Notes: generated by a model from the sequence alone, not told the origin. A stretch of DNA of 63,165 bases, filler included, from Stramenopiles sp. TOSAG23-3 (GCA_900128585.1; 21 parts of 21 records of this genome joined end to end with filler, not necessarily neighbours in it); one strand, 5' to 3'. Counted from the whole stretch's first letter, positions 1 through 11,207 are shown. Translations and numbers: made by a program.

Positions 1-214
1 TTCTTCTTCTTCTTCTTACCAAAAGAAGCAATCAATTCAATTCAATTAAATCGAATACATTTCAAACAAGTATAGAATAGACTTGGTAGAAACGAAAAGA
101 GAGAAAAAAGTAACAGTATTTTAACACAGTGATCTGCATGATCAGAATAATACAACTACTTAAAAGAGAAGAAGAAGAAAGCAAAGTAACTTTCTTTACG
201 AACAATAAATCAAC

Positions 215-631
215 ATGTCCGGTCCTCCACAAGGTATGCCAGAGGGCCTTCCCGCTGGGCTTGCTGGGCAAATGGGGGGAGTCTCCTCTTCCCAAGCAAG
301 GCAAATGCAGCAGCAACAGCAACAGCAAGAAGCGATGAAAGACCAGCGGTCGCAGATGCTTCTTGCCGTTCTAGACAATGCAGCAAGGGCAAGGCTCAAG
401 AGTGTGGCATTAGTAAAGCCAGAAAGGGCGAACAGGATCGAGGACCAAGTATTAAATTTAGCACGAACGGGGCGGATACAAGGCCAGCTCGGGGAAGAAG
501 CTATTGTCAGCATGTTGAAGCAGCTTGCGGAGGCCGATTCCAAAAAGGCGGCGGTTAAGGTCAGTTTTAGCAGGCGAAGGACTGGTTGGAGTGACGATGA
601 CTCGGACGACAACGACGACGACTTGCTTTAA
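215..631 (+). CDS. PDCD5: Programmed cell death protein 5 (dsDNA-binding, TFAR19 family)
   Basis: 138 aa; poly-Q followed by 'RSQMLLAVLDNAARARLKSVALVKPERANRIEDQVLNLARTGRIQGQLGEE' and a C-terminal 'VSFSRRR' plus acidic tail, as in PDCD5. Confidence 0.92.
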   Translation: MSGPPQGMPEGLPAGLAGQMGGVSSSQARQMQQQQQQQEAMKDQRSQMLLAVLDNAARARLKSVALVKPERANRIEDQVLNLARTGRIQGQLGEEAIVSMLKQLAEADSKKAAVKVSFSRRRTGWSDDDSDDNDDDLL

Positions 632-825
632 AGACCCAAGACGACAGGAGAAAGAAAGCCTGGCACGGGTCGAAGGAGTCTACCATTTTAACGGCACAGA
701 CACAGGTACACCCCGGCGACGCGCTGTTGTCCCACACATCCAGTAAGAGGCGATTCGATTGATTCGCTTAAAAACAATTCCCACAGGCTGCAATTTCAGG
801 ACAGAGAGAGAGTCAAAATGGTGTA

Positions 826-846
826 CGAGAGAGAGAGAGAGAGAGA
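826..846. repeat. (GA)n microsatellite
   Basis: Run of GA dinucleotides between two convergent genes. Confidence 0.8.
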
Positions 847-1000
847 AAGTCAAAATTATGTATGAGAGGTAACTACGTACGCGTATTTTTTTACTGCTCT
901 AATACACTACAGGAATAAGGTATGATATCACATGTAAAGTTAGGCAACATTTCTTGTTTCTATTTTATACACTCCCTTCGACGAACGTACACGAAACAAT

Positions 1001-2923
1001 TTACGACGTGGAAGATTTGCTCTTGCCCCATATCAACGCGTCGCTGTCGAGGGATTTGAACGTCCACTGCTTGCTTTTCATGTTGCTGGTACTGCTGAGC
1101 CCATTCTTCGAGGCGCGCCAACCCCCCCTTGCGTGCCTTCCCTGGCTAAAGTAAAGCACTTCGTCTTTCGGGGTAGTTCGCAACCGCCGCTCCTTCATCC
1201 CTACGCGGGCTTCGCGGCTTGCTTCCCAGCGGCGGTGGAACTTCCCGCCATCGGCAGGGCTGGCGACCCGCTGGCCCAGGACGTACTCTCCCACGACCAT
1301 AATGAAATTCATCACGTCCATGGATCGGGAGTTGAACGCGTGGGGGGAGTGGTTCAGACGAATCATTCGGTCTTCGGCCGTCATCGACAGGTACGCTTTG
1401 GCGCGCTCGATCCGCCCGTCCCATTCCCGGTCCCCCTTCGACGACGACGGGTCGTCTTTGTCCCACATCATCAGGCCGACGATCTCGTCCCCACGTACGT
1501 ACACCACAAAACCCAATTCCATGTTTCCCATGACGCTGGTACAACTGCTGATCTGCGCTTTTCTCCCCCCCGCGCGGACGGGGGACGCGGGGGACGACTT
1601 CATCCTCCACACGCACCCCGTCTCCAGCGAGCTTGAGCACACGCCCAAAAATGCAAAATTCGTCCCGCTTATTTTCACCCGAGTGACGGGCTCGTTCACG
1701 TAGCGGGCGGGGCTCGCGTTCCCCTTTGCAGCGGGGGCCTCGCCGGCACATACGGCCATGTTCGTGCCCGCCACCTTTCCGGTCTGTGCGGCGTGATCAA
1801 CGCTCCACTGCACGCGACGGCGACCCAGCCTTGACGGAAAACTCAGCGCGTCCCCAGCAACGTACACGCCCGTTGCTGCGCACAGCTCGCTGTTCGCAAC
1901 AATGCCTCCAAAAACGGGGTCTTCCTCCAGAGCGAGATCGCGGTCTTTGTGCAAAAAGGAGGTCACCGCGGGCAAGTGGGTGGGGGCGAACACAACAAGA
2001 TTGGTCCCGAAGCTTCCCGTCAGCTGCGTGTCGTAAGTCCTGCAAAAGAAAATTTCCGCCTCCTCGGCGTCCCCGCTGCCTGGAACCAGCCCGTCGTCAG
2101 CCGACATGATGGGGGCAATGTACTGCACCACGCTATAGGAGCTCAGCAGTATGCCCGCCTTCTCCATTCTCGAGGCGACCACGTTGGCGAGGTACCGAGG
2201 CAAGTACCTCGCCAGCGGCGCGCGCTCTGCAAACACCAAGCTAACCCTCGGAAACCTCGGGTTTCGCCCCATAACATTGTCGACCAAATGGTACGCGGAC
2301 TGCACGCCAACCAACCCCCCGCCGACGACGGTGATGTGCTTCTTCCGGGTCCTCCCATTCCAACTGGACACCACCGTCCGCATGCGGTCGCGGTCTCCCT
2401 GGCTCCGGATCCCACACACCAGCTTTCGCGCCCGGCTGTCCGCTGGGGCCAGGTGGTGGTGCTCCTTCGCCCCTGATGCCAGCAAGACGCTCTTCTTGTA
2501 CTTCACTACCTGCCCGTTGGAAAGCATTGCAACTTGCAGGTTGATGTTTATGTCTACTACCCGCGCCGACAGAACTCCGGGGCCTTCCTCCGTCGCCGGT
2601 GACACGGCAAGGGGCTGAGTGCCGCCCACTGGGTCGTTCAGAAATGGGGCACACTGCGCGCGAAGGAAAGACTGGGTACCGTCCGCCCCCCTGCTTTCTC
2701 CGACCACCAGAATCTTTGCGGCCGGGTCTAGCTTTAAGATGCTCGAGATTGCCGCCTGCGCCGCAACGCCGGCGCCCACAATCAAATAGTCCACTTGGTT
2801 CGATAGGGTGGACCGGTCCCAATCCTTGGACAGCGTCGGAGAGTCCGCTCGAAGCGAAGCGTCACGGACCATCAAGGCCGCCTCCCGGTCCATCAGCGCG
2901 GCTCGCTTTTCTTCCAGCGCCAT
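1001..2923 (-). CDS. Apoptosis-inducing factor (AIF/PDCD8)-like FAD/NADH oxidoreductase, probably 5'-partial
   Basis: FAD motif 'YLIVGAGVAA', NADH motif 'VVGGGLVG', and AIF-type segments 'FAERAPLARYLPRYLA' and 'DPVFGGIVANSEL...VYVAGD...LGRRRV...DHAAQTGKVAGTNM'; ORF starts at the contig edge. Confidence 0.8.
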   Translation of the reverse strand: MALEEKRAALMDREAALMVRDASLRADSPTLSKDWDRSTLSNQVDYLIVGAGVAAQAAISSILKLDPAAKILVVGESRGADGTQSFLRAQCAPFLNDPVGGTQPLAVSPATEEGPGVLSARVVDININLQVAMLSNGQVVKYKKSVLLASGAKEHHHLAPADSRARKLVCGIRSQGDRDRMRTVVSSWNGRTRKKHITVVGGGLVGVQSAYHLVDNVMGRNPRFPRVSLVFAERAPLARYLPRYLANVVASRMEKAGILLSSYSVVQYIAPIMSADDGLVPGSGDAEEAEIFFCRTYDTQLTGSFGTNLVVFAPTHLPAVTSFLHKDRDLALEEDPVFGGIVANSELCAATGVYVAGDALSFPSRLGRRRVQWSVDHAAQTGKVAGTNMAVCAGEAPAAKGNASPARYVNEPVTRVKISGTNFAFLGVCSSSLETGCVWRMKSSPASPVRAGGRKAQISSCTSVMGNMELGFVVYVRGDEIVGLMMWDKDDPSSSKGDREWDGRIERAKAYLSMTAEDRMIRLNHSPHAFNSRSMDVMNFIMVVGEYVLGQRVASPADGGKFHRRWEASREARVGMKERRLRTTPKDEVLYFSQGRHARGGWRASKNGLSSTSNMKSKQWTFKSLDSDALIWGKSKSSTS

Positions 2924-3023
2924 NNNNNNNNNNNNNNNNNNNNNNNNNNNNNNNNNNNNNNNNNNNNTTAATTAATTAANNNNNNNNNNNNNNNNNNNNN
3001 NNNNNNNNNNNNNNNNNNNNNNN
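2924..3023. other. Artificial contig spacer N44-TTAATTAATTAA-N44 (first of 20; recurs about every 3 kb)
   Basis: Identical 100-bp block with stops in all six frames; flanking contigs decrease in length from 2923 to 2892 bp. Confidence 0.99.
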
Positions 3024-3065
3024 CGACGGTTAGAACGACGAGTTGTTGAGCAACGAAAGACTGTC

Positions 3066-5946
3066 ATGAGGTCGCCTCCACTCCGCAGCCCTGCAACCTA
3101 CTCTACGGAAGATGAACTCGTATTTGTTCCTAGGCCGCACCCAAAACCTTACTCCCAGCGCACGTTGATCCCAAATGCGGAGATGAACGCAAAGAAGGGC
3201 ACGCGCGCTCACGGCATACTTGCTCTTCGACGGTCGGGCATCGCTGCCCACGATTCGTTCAACGACGGTCTGCGGACCTTCAAGTCTGTGTCGCAGCTGC
3301 GTGGGGAACTCCAGGATTTTGCGGACCAAAGTCCAAACGTAGGGCTAGCCGCCAATCGCTCGACGTCGAGCTTACCTAGATCACGCCCCTTACTACGCAA
3401 CAGTGGGAAAATTGCGATGGGAAGCCATTCGCATTCCAGGGTCAGAGTTGAAATGAGCGAAGCTCCCAAAACAAAGGCGGCAATGATAGAAGAATACAAA
3501 CGAGGCAAGCATAGAAGGCGGCCGGTCGTCCAGTCGGGGCTACCGTACAGAGGGCTTCGATCTAAAAAGAAATTTCCATCGGGGTTTTTGTTTCAGAAAA
3601 CTACCACTGGGAAGCACCGCATGTACAAAATAGAAAATGAGAAGGACGCGATTAAGGATTACCATTTAACGAGCCAAGCAGTAGCCCTACAATCAATGTC
3701 CGTGACTGGGGGCGTCATGGAAATTCAAGATGCGTTAGACGAACAGCAAAAGAAGAACGGTCAAGGCGGTGGCAGCGTTAACGGCTCATTGCTCAGCTAC
3801 GACGCAGCCAATGGCAATGGGGGCATCTCTCAGTTAGCCAGTGAAGTGTCCTACGCAATGAGCGAGTCCAGGCCACCACGGCGGCCTGGAGAGCGCCCTC
3901 GTCGTCGAGTTGCACCGCAAGGTAGCAGCTTCAGCGGGGGAGGCAGCAGCAGTATTAGTAGTGATTTGGACGACAGATGGCACAACCGGCGGGACGACAT
4001 CATTTCTAATTTTATAGGATCCGGTGGACATGGCGCGCCGGACACCGTCCCTCCCGAAGGTCAGCACGACAATGGACCATTCCATTTCATGTTCTTCGAT
4101 GACATGGGCAAGGAGCAGAACACCAGAAGCGTGCATGAGCGTACTAGCTTTTGCCCAGGTACTCCACATGGCCGCAGGGTATACTGGGAAGAAAACCATC
4201 TTAAACCTGCTACGGCCGCAGATTTAGCGAACAAAATTGGTATCGACAGACCACTTTCATCCTCTTATATTTTGCCCCCAAACACAAAGCGATGGGGCAC
4301 AGAGGAAGACACAATCTATGGAAAAGGGAAGCTGGAAACCGTTGTTGTCAGCGCACCGACACACAACGCGGTCCTAGTGGCTCCGTTGAAAGACAAGCGT
4401 GCTCTCTCTAGCATGAAAGACCCCAGCTTTCACCTTGATATTACGCCGCACGAAGTTAGATTTATGAGAAGTGAGATGCTGCAAACCGCGAATGATGCTG
4501 CTCCAAATAATACTGTAAAGGGCATGCTGCGGGTCTCACAATCTGCTCCATCGCTTGGTGGGGTCCTCAATACGATGCCGGAGGGAGACTCTGTGTTTTT
4601 GACATCAATCACTGAGGCGGAGAAAAACGGCGAAAATAAAAACATGTTTCGGCTTGATTCGTTGCAGCCATCGAAGAGTAGTAAGGAAGGGATTGGTATG
4701 AGCGGATGGGATGTGGGCAGCGAAGGGGAACGGTCAAGACCAGTGTCTCGAGCAAGTGAGAGCAAACAATCCCCAAACAAAGTGACGGCCTCTTTGAGCG
4801 CAGCTGTCGAAAACCGAAAAATTAGCATTGAAAATGAATTAAAAGTGCTTCATTATGATGGAGTGTCGAAATTTCAAAAATTTGGCCTTGGAATCGACGT
4901 TAACGTACGTGTGTCCAATATGAGTGGGCGTGCGCTGACATCGACCTCGGCAAATGTGTACGTGCCCAACAACACAAGATTATCTGACATTGTGGCTTTT
5001 TGTCTGAAAGTATTCAACCTAAATGCCTCGTTGGACTGGGCATTTGAATATTTGCCGCCGCATGTCCGGGTATGGGAAATGTTAAAGACGGACTTAGAAT
5101 GGCTAAATACGTACAAGGTTTGTGTGGATAAGGAACCAAGCCAACGCATGCCAAAGTTTCGAATGAGAAGGTGCCCCCCAAAATCACCGTTCTTCAAATC
5201 CGCCAAGGAAGAAAGTGGCACCTCTGGATTGCTCATTTCAACCCCAAACAGCATTGGAGGATCTTCCTCACACCTTCGTGGTCTTCAAGAAGACGTTCCC
5301 CATGAAATGCTCCGTGCCCTTTCCCCTTCAACGAAGATGCTTTTAGGCAAAAATAGCACGGGAGAGTCTTTAAGGGAGAAGGAGGTCTCAGGAGGAGCGG
5401 AAGGGAAGACAGAAGACGTAGACGAGCAAGACAGTGCTGTCATGGATAGGATGAGCAATATGAACAGAGTCTCCCGACACTTACAGATGTGCCAACCGGT
5501 GGAGGAGCGGCCAAAAAAGTTGCAGCGAGGCAGAAGCAGCAAGATTCTGTTGGCCCCCCATCGTTTTTAGAAAGGCAGAACAATCCCGTGTCCGAAGGGC
5601 GGAAAAAACTGGCCTATTACATGCGATCTCAGAAATACGCTGAGTTTTTTGAACAGTGCGACCCAGCGGGAAGAAAGCTGCTCTATATCCCAACAAACGC
5701 TCCTATATTGCAGAAACCCGCCTTGAAGAGTGGAAAGTACAAGAAGAGTGGGGTGGACGAAAGTCGGAGCATAATGCATATGCTTGATATCGCGCATTCG
5801 CCTGGGTGGGATGTTACTGCAGCCACCTTAACAAGAAAGAGACAGAAGTCACGGCCACGCAGGAAACCACCGAGCGTTTCAAAAATGAAAGAGCTTTCGA
5901 AGTCTATTTTGAAAAAGTTTAACGCAAAACCAGTGGAAGATTCACG
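3066..5946 (+). CDS. Large hypothetical protein, probably one gene with a frameshift or intron near 5447; 3'-partial
   Basis: 834-aa ORF 3066-5570 overlaps a second-frame ORF that runs to the contig end; no family recognised. Confidence 0.55.
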
Positions 5947-6661
5947 NNNNNNNNNNNNNNNNNNNNNNNNNNNNNNNNNNNNNNNNNNNNTTAATTAATT
6001 AANNNNNNNNNNNNNNNNNNNNNNNNNNNNNNNNNNNNNNNNNNNNGACGGGGGAAAAGAAGTGAGAGAGTGTAGTAATTTTGGTCTCAACGCCAGCCTA
6101 CGAGGCAGCAGAGGCCTTTTTTTTTGTCAGAGTGCACTGACTGTACCAACCAAAAAAATAGCTGTTATTGAAGTAGTTAAAATTTATCTTCTTCATATAC
6201 CGCAAAAGTGAATCTGCTACTCCCACCTATGGGGGGGGGGGTTTGCTAGTTGAAAATAAAACTGTCCGGGTGTTTTGTTATGTCATCTAAGTACAGATGT
6301 ATTATAAAACTTAAGATATTTTATTTAGGCCTCGGAACTATGATAAAAGTTATGTTACTCAATCTAACTCGTACATGTTCGAGGAACACACGTAAGGGTC
6401 CCGACAGAGAAATCCCTAAACGTACCCAGTCTCTATGAAACATTCTTACGTATCACCTATTCATTCTACTAGGAGCAGAGTGTACGTTTAAAATTACTGC
6501 CAATCTACCTTATTGGGGGCCCGAACCTCTCGGCTATGGACAGGATAACGCAGGCGATGGCCAGATCCTGGTTTTAACATTTTCGTTGGTTTCGAACTTT
6601 CGTACATCACCTTCTCGCTATTGGAGACCAACATGCCATGGAGTGGAGATTCCTCTACCAC

Positions 6662-8326
6662 CTACCACCCGCACCCGGACGTTTTATTAATAAGTTTCTT
6701 AGGCACACCGTACTGATTCGGATCCAGGATGGTCGGCATAATATAATTTAAGTACAACACGCCAATTATACATGCGATGCAGTTCAAGGCAAAGCCATGC
6801 CTTATCATAAACCTCAAGCTAAAATCTTGGCCTGTTCCGTACGCCAGCATGTTTGGCCCGCCTGCCATCGGCATCATAAATGCGAACGACGATGCAAAAC
6901 AAACTACCAAAAGCATCTTCAATGGTAGGACGCACAAACTCGCGGCGACTTCCATGAGTATCGGGCCAAAGATCAGCACGCTGGCCATGTTGGAAATGAC
7001 TTCTGTCAGAAAGCAGATGACAATCACTACGACTGCAACCAAGGCAATCTCGGGCATAGGATTGATTAAGGATGCAACCCAAGCGGCGAACCCACTCACT
7101 TGAGTTCCCTTGGCGACAATATAACCCCCTCCGAAAGTAATTAAAATTTGCCATTTGAACTTGGGCATAGCGTAGCTCCAGTCAAGAATGTGCTGCGCGG
7201 GCAACATTTTTCCATCCGAGGATTTCTCGAGTTTTTTGTTCATGGTAGGAATGAATGAAAAACAAAGGCATGGTCCAGAAAAGTCCAATGGAGGCACTTC
7301 CCATATTTTTCATCATGGCAACATGCGGCTTGAGATATTTACCAGAAAACCAGGAAACGATAGTAAGGAATATGTAGATGGAGACCACGTATTCCTCGTA
7401 TTTCATTGGGCCGAGTTGACGCTTAACGTCTCGAAACACTTGGAGGTCCACTGGGATCTTCTCTTTCCCCCATACGTGCCAGCTGCAGACAAGTGTCCAT
7501 GCCGCCACCAATAGCAAGAACGAAATGGGGACGGCAAACGCCATAAATGGACCGAATGCAAACTTCTGATCCCACCACTGTTCGTAAATGCCAAGAAAGA
7601 GTGTGTTCGTGGGGGTGCCCACAGGAGTGCTAAGCCCTCCGATGGTTGCCGACCACCCGATGGCAAGAAGCACAGCCCCTTTGAAATCTTTGTATTTGTT
7701 ATCAATTGTCGCCAAAAACGACTTAACAACGGGAAGCATGCATAACACTGTCGCAGTATTCGATATCCACATGGAGAGTAGGTATACCGCAAACATCATC
7801 ATGAAAAGCAACAAGGGAACGTTAGTCCCTGCACTGAGAACCATGGTCACGGCGATTCGTTTGTGCATGTTCCATCGCTCGACCACTATCCCCATTAAGA
7901 AACCGACAGCAAAAAGAAAGGATGCAGGCTTCCAGAAGACTTGAGAAGATACTTTTTCATTCATAATCCCGGTAGCAGCGTACAGAAGCACCGGGACCAA
8001 GCCAGCCACTTCAAGTGGCAACAATTCGGTAACCCATATGATGGCCATACATAACAAACTAAGACCCCCGCGCGCTACTTTGTCTTCCACGGTAACTGCA
8101 AAGAAGAGCGCAATGCACACGGCGAGCAAGCTCATATTTCGCAGAACAAACTGGCATTTTTTGCATTGCTTTTTTCTTCTTCAGGCAAAGTTTCGACCCA
8201 CGAATTGCGGGTGGCGTGTTTGAATTTGTCCCGGGTGGCCTCTTCCATTTTGTCCGGGGTGGCCTCTTCAATATTAGACCGACTCAGCAGTGGTAGGGCC
8301 AGTCCGGCCGATGCGCCTGAATTCAT
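6662..8326 (-). pseudogene. SLC13/DASS sodium:dicarboxylate or sulfate symporter with two apparent frameshifts
   Basis: Motifs 'LSMWISNTATVLCMLP', 'ATIGGLSTPVGTPTN', 'WQILITFGGG', 'TEVISNMAS', 'ASSFAFMMPMAGGPN'; split over ORFs 8132-8326, 7182-8135 and 6662-7297. Confidence 0.8.
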
Positions 8327-9115
8327 TCTGGAGAATGTTGAAAGTGAAATTATAGATAAGAAATTTCCGAGAGAAGATTGCTGCTCTTAAAGAGCCTTCC
8401 TTACTAGTTTCTCCAACCTTTCCAAACTAGTACAAACATGCCTTCTACAGCAGATTGATTTATTAGATGGTCCCTTTGGAAAAGACACCATACATACAGT
8501 TAAAACAGCAATCAATCAAACAAATGAAGAATGGTTGGTATGTCTGTGTCGTGTCACACGTACGGCGTAGTCTTGTATTAATAGTAGGACAAGTAAGTTT
8601 TGGCCACCAACCACCAGAACCAGAATTACGTAGCATTAAAAATAAATAAAAAAATATCCAAAAAAAAAAATGTATTAAGAAAAAAGTTGGCCGTATTACA
8701 TTTACATTACATTATAATATCGATCCAACTTCCCCAAAAAAATAATTGTCGTCTTTTATTGTCCATTGTATCCTCGTAGTCTATTTAAATGCTATACCCA
8801 TTGTATCACTATTAAATACATGGGAATAACAACATCACATCATATAGTTTTATTTTACAGTAAGTACATAAATAATTATTTTTTGGAATGTAATCGGAAA
8901 CACTTTTTAGTGGGTAAATAGCATAATAATACATGTAATAACATCTGTCCTACATGTTTTTTTTTATAGNNNNNNNNNNNNNNNNNNNNNNNNNNNNNNN
9001 NNNNNNNNNNNNNTTAATTAATTAANNNNNNNNNNNNNNNNNNNNNNNNNNNNNNNNNNNNNNNNNNNNCTTTATATCATCACAAAAACTTGATGCTCAG
9101 AGATAACTTGTTTTT

Positions 9116-9590
9116 AAAACAAAAACTTGGCTGTTTATTTAGAGTATATATGATAGTTTAATATATGATACGAGTAAATTTTAATTACTCTAAATAACAG
9201 CCAAATTTTTGTTTATTAAAAACAACACACTTGTTGTCCAGATGTAAAAATATTTTTATTTAAAACATTAGTAAAAAATAAAAAAAAGCAGTGTTAATCC
9301 ATCTATGTTACTGATTCAGATCATCAATGGAGTACATCTGAGAATGAAAAACAAGAAAATTGGCTGTTATTTAAGTAATTAACATGAATGTACTGCTGCG
9401 AAAATAGTTAAGTTCGCAGTTCACATGAAGGAATGCAAACCTTAGAATGTCTAAATCTAGATTTCAGTTCGCAGTGTACATTAATTTTAATTACTTAAAT
9501 AACAGCCAATTTTCTTATTTAAAAAATATTACTCTAAATAACAGCCGATTTTTTGTTTTTAAACAACAGCCAATTTTTCTTGTTTTTAAA
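9116..9590. repeat. Cluster of six copies of the dispersed AACAGCCAA element, both orientations
   Basis: Copies at about 9116(-), 9181(+), 9346(-), 9487(+), 9528(+), 9561(+). Confidence 0.88.
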
Positions 9591-9680
9591 ACAACATGTA
9601 AGACATAATGAATCTCTGCGCGTGACTCCGCCGCCCCGTCAAAATTCAATTTAATTTTATTTGCTGGCCCTAAACACTTA

Positions 9681-11207
9681 TCAAAAAAAGTTGCTGGAAA
9701 ACCCTGCCACATGGCGCACTTCCCGCTCCGTCGTGTCGTCTTCCTCTTTCGCTTGAAACCGAGACCCAGCCACTTTACCTTCGTACCCAGCCTCCAAGTT
9801 TTCTTTGACACTTCCCGTGCTTCCACTACTGGTCGGCCTACTCCTTGTCCCCGAGCGTGAGCTACTGCTGCTCGAGGGCCTACTCCCGGAAGGCCCACCC
9901 TGGCGTTTTCCAAAGCTGGGGCGGTACGACGCCATAAAGGGGGCCATGTTAAATCCGCCGGTCAACTCGGGCAAAGATGTTCGCATCGCCATTTGCCATC
10001 GTGATACCCCCAGCGCTTTCCACAGGCTTGCATGGCTAGCTTTTCCGTGCCACCTGCCGTTCACTTGGGCGGCCCTGCACAAGGTGCGGGGAGCCATGAA
10101 GGACATGACGTGCAGCAACAGATGGCCTACCAAACATTTTGCCGGCCCCCCCGTCGTCGGCTTTACCAGTTTCGCCTGGCTAAACGCCTCTAACGTCCGC
10201 GCATCATCGCAGTCGTCCATCGCGGTGTCTCCAAACCGATTCTTTGCCGTCGAATCTGCACCACGCTCCAACAACAGACGGACCACGGACGAGTAGCCTT
10301 GGCGGGCGGCGTAAAAGAGGGCCGTGTCCCCTAAGGTATTGGGCAAGTTCGCGTCGGCCCCTTTGTCCAGGAGCAGCTCGACTATATTCAAGTATCCTTT
10401 GTACGTCGCCAAGACCAGTGGGGTTTCCCCGTCAGACGTTTTCGCGTTTATGTTCGAGCCAAAGTGTATCAGCCGCTCTGCAACAGGCAAATGGCCCCGG
10501 TTGGCCGCGTGGTGCAATGGCCTGTACCCGTTCAAGCCCTGGGACTTGTCGGGGTGTGCCCCTGACTTCAACACTTTCATGACCCCTACGATGTCGCCAC
10601 TTTCTGCGGACGATAAAATGTCTATGTCCTTGGCCTCCTTGGCGTCGCTCCGGGTCAAAATGTTCAAAAGAGTGTCGGAGCGGGTCGACGACGAGATAAG
10701 GCCGTCTGCGACGGACTTTGTGCTGTAGCCGGACGACGACGCGCTGGCAAGGCCCATCGAACGGCCAATTCCTATCCCGTGGCAATACGATGCTCTGCTG
10801 AACGTGCTTGCCCCGGACGACTCCAAGCCCCGTGTTTCGCGCGCCGTTTGCGGGCGCGGTGGCAGTCTGCTGGAAGCGGTCGTGCGCCTCGCGCTCGTGC
10901 TGCCGGTGGTTCTGGTGCTCTCCGGGCTGACTCTTGCGGCAGCTGCAGTGTTCAGGTAAAACGAAGCGGCGGGGCGGTCCCCTGACGCTGTTCTCGGCCG
11001 CTCTGGTCGCCCCGTAGTACTGCTTGCGCCTTTGGACGATGGAAAAATGTTCTTTTTGGGCTGCGCACCCGCCGACGAAAACTTCAACAGTTGCCTCCTA
11101 GCCCGGTTATTCTTTGGCGGAGGCACGTGGGGGGGGGACACCAAGAATTTCTTATCACGAGACCGAGATTCCTGCGCTTTGTTCCCGTTCGTGAAAAAGG
11201 CAGCCAT
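9681..11207 (-). CDS. Ankyrin-repeat protein with C-terminal F-box-like motif
   Basis: Ankyrin repeats 'GYRPLHHAANRGH', 'GETPLVLATYKGY', 'GDTALFYAARQGY'; F-box-like 'LLLHVMSFMAPRTLCRAAQVNGRWH...SLW'. Start placed at ATG 11207 because the upstream ORF extension is AT-rich and looks non-coding. Confidence 0.82.
   Translation of the reverse strand: MAAFFTNGNKAQESRSRDKKFLVSPPHVPPPKNNRARRQLLKFSSAGAQPKKNIFPSSKGASSTTGRPERPRTASGDRPAASFYLNTAAAARVSPESTRTTGSTSARRTTASSRLPPRPQTARETRGLESSGASTFSRASYCHGIGIGRSMGLASASSSGYSTKSVADGLISSSTRSDTLLNILTRSDAKEAKDIDILSSAESGDIVGVMKVLKSGAHPDKSQGLNGYRPLHHAANRGHLPVAERLIHFGSNINAKTSDGETPLVLATYKGYLNIVELLLDKGADANLPNTLGDTALFYAARQGYSSVVRLLLERGADSTAKNRFGDTAMDDCDDARTLEAFSQAKLVKPTTGGPAKCLVGHLLLHVMSFMAPRTLCRAAQVNGRWHGKASHASLWKALGVSRWQMAMRTSLPELTGGFNMAPFMASYRPSFGKRQGGPSGSRPSSSSSSRSGTRSRPTSSGSTGSVKENLEAGYEGKVAGSRFQAKEEDDTTEREVRHVAGFSSNFF

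Noticed and set aside
2924-3023. Regularly spaced TTAATTAATTAA palindromes flanked by Ns
   Set aside because: Artificial six-frame-stop linker. ORFs ending in X...LIN or X...N are artefacts of it
8165-8180. Programmed -1 ribosomal frameshift at the A6G run
   Set aside because: The A-AAA-AAG heptamer is not in the required phase of the upstream ORF, which reads GAA AAA AGC
9116-9590. CRISPR-like array of ~30-bp repeats
   Set aside because: Mixed orientations, irregular spacing, degenerate copies, no cas genes, eukaryotic context
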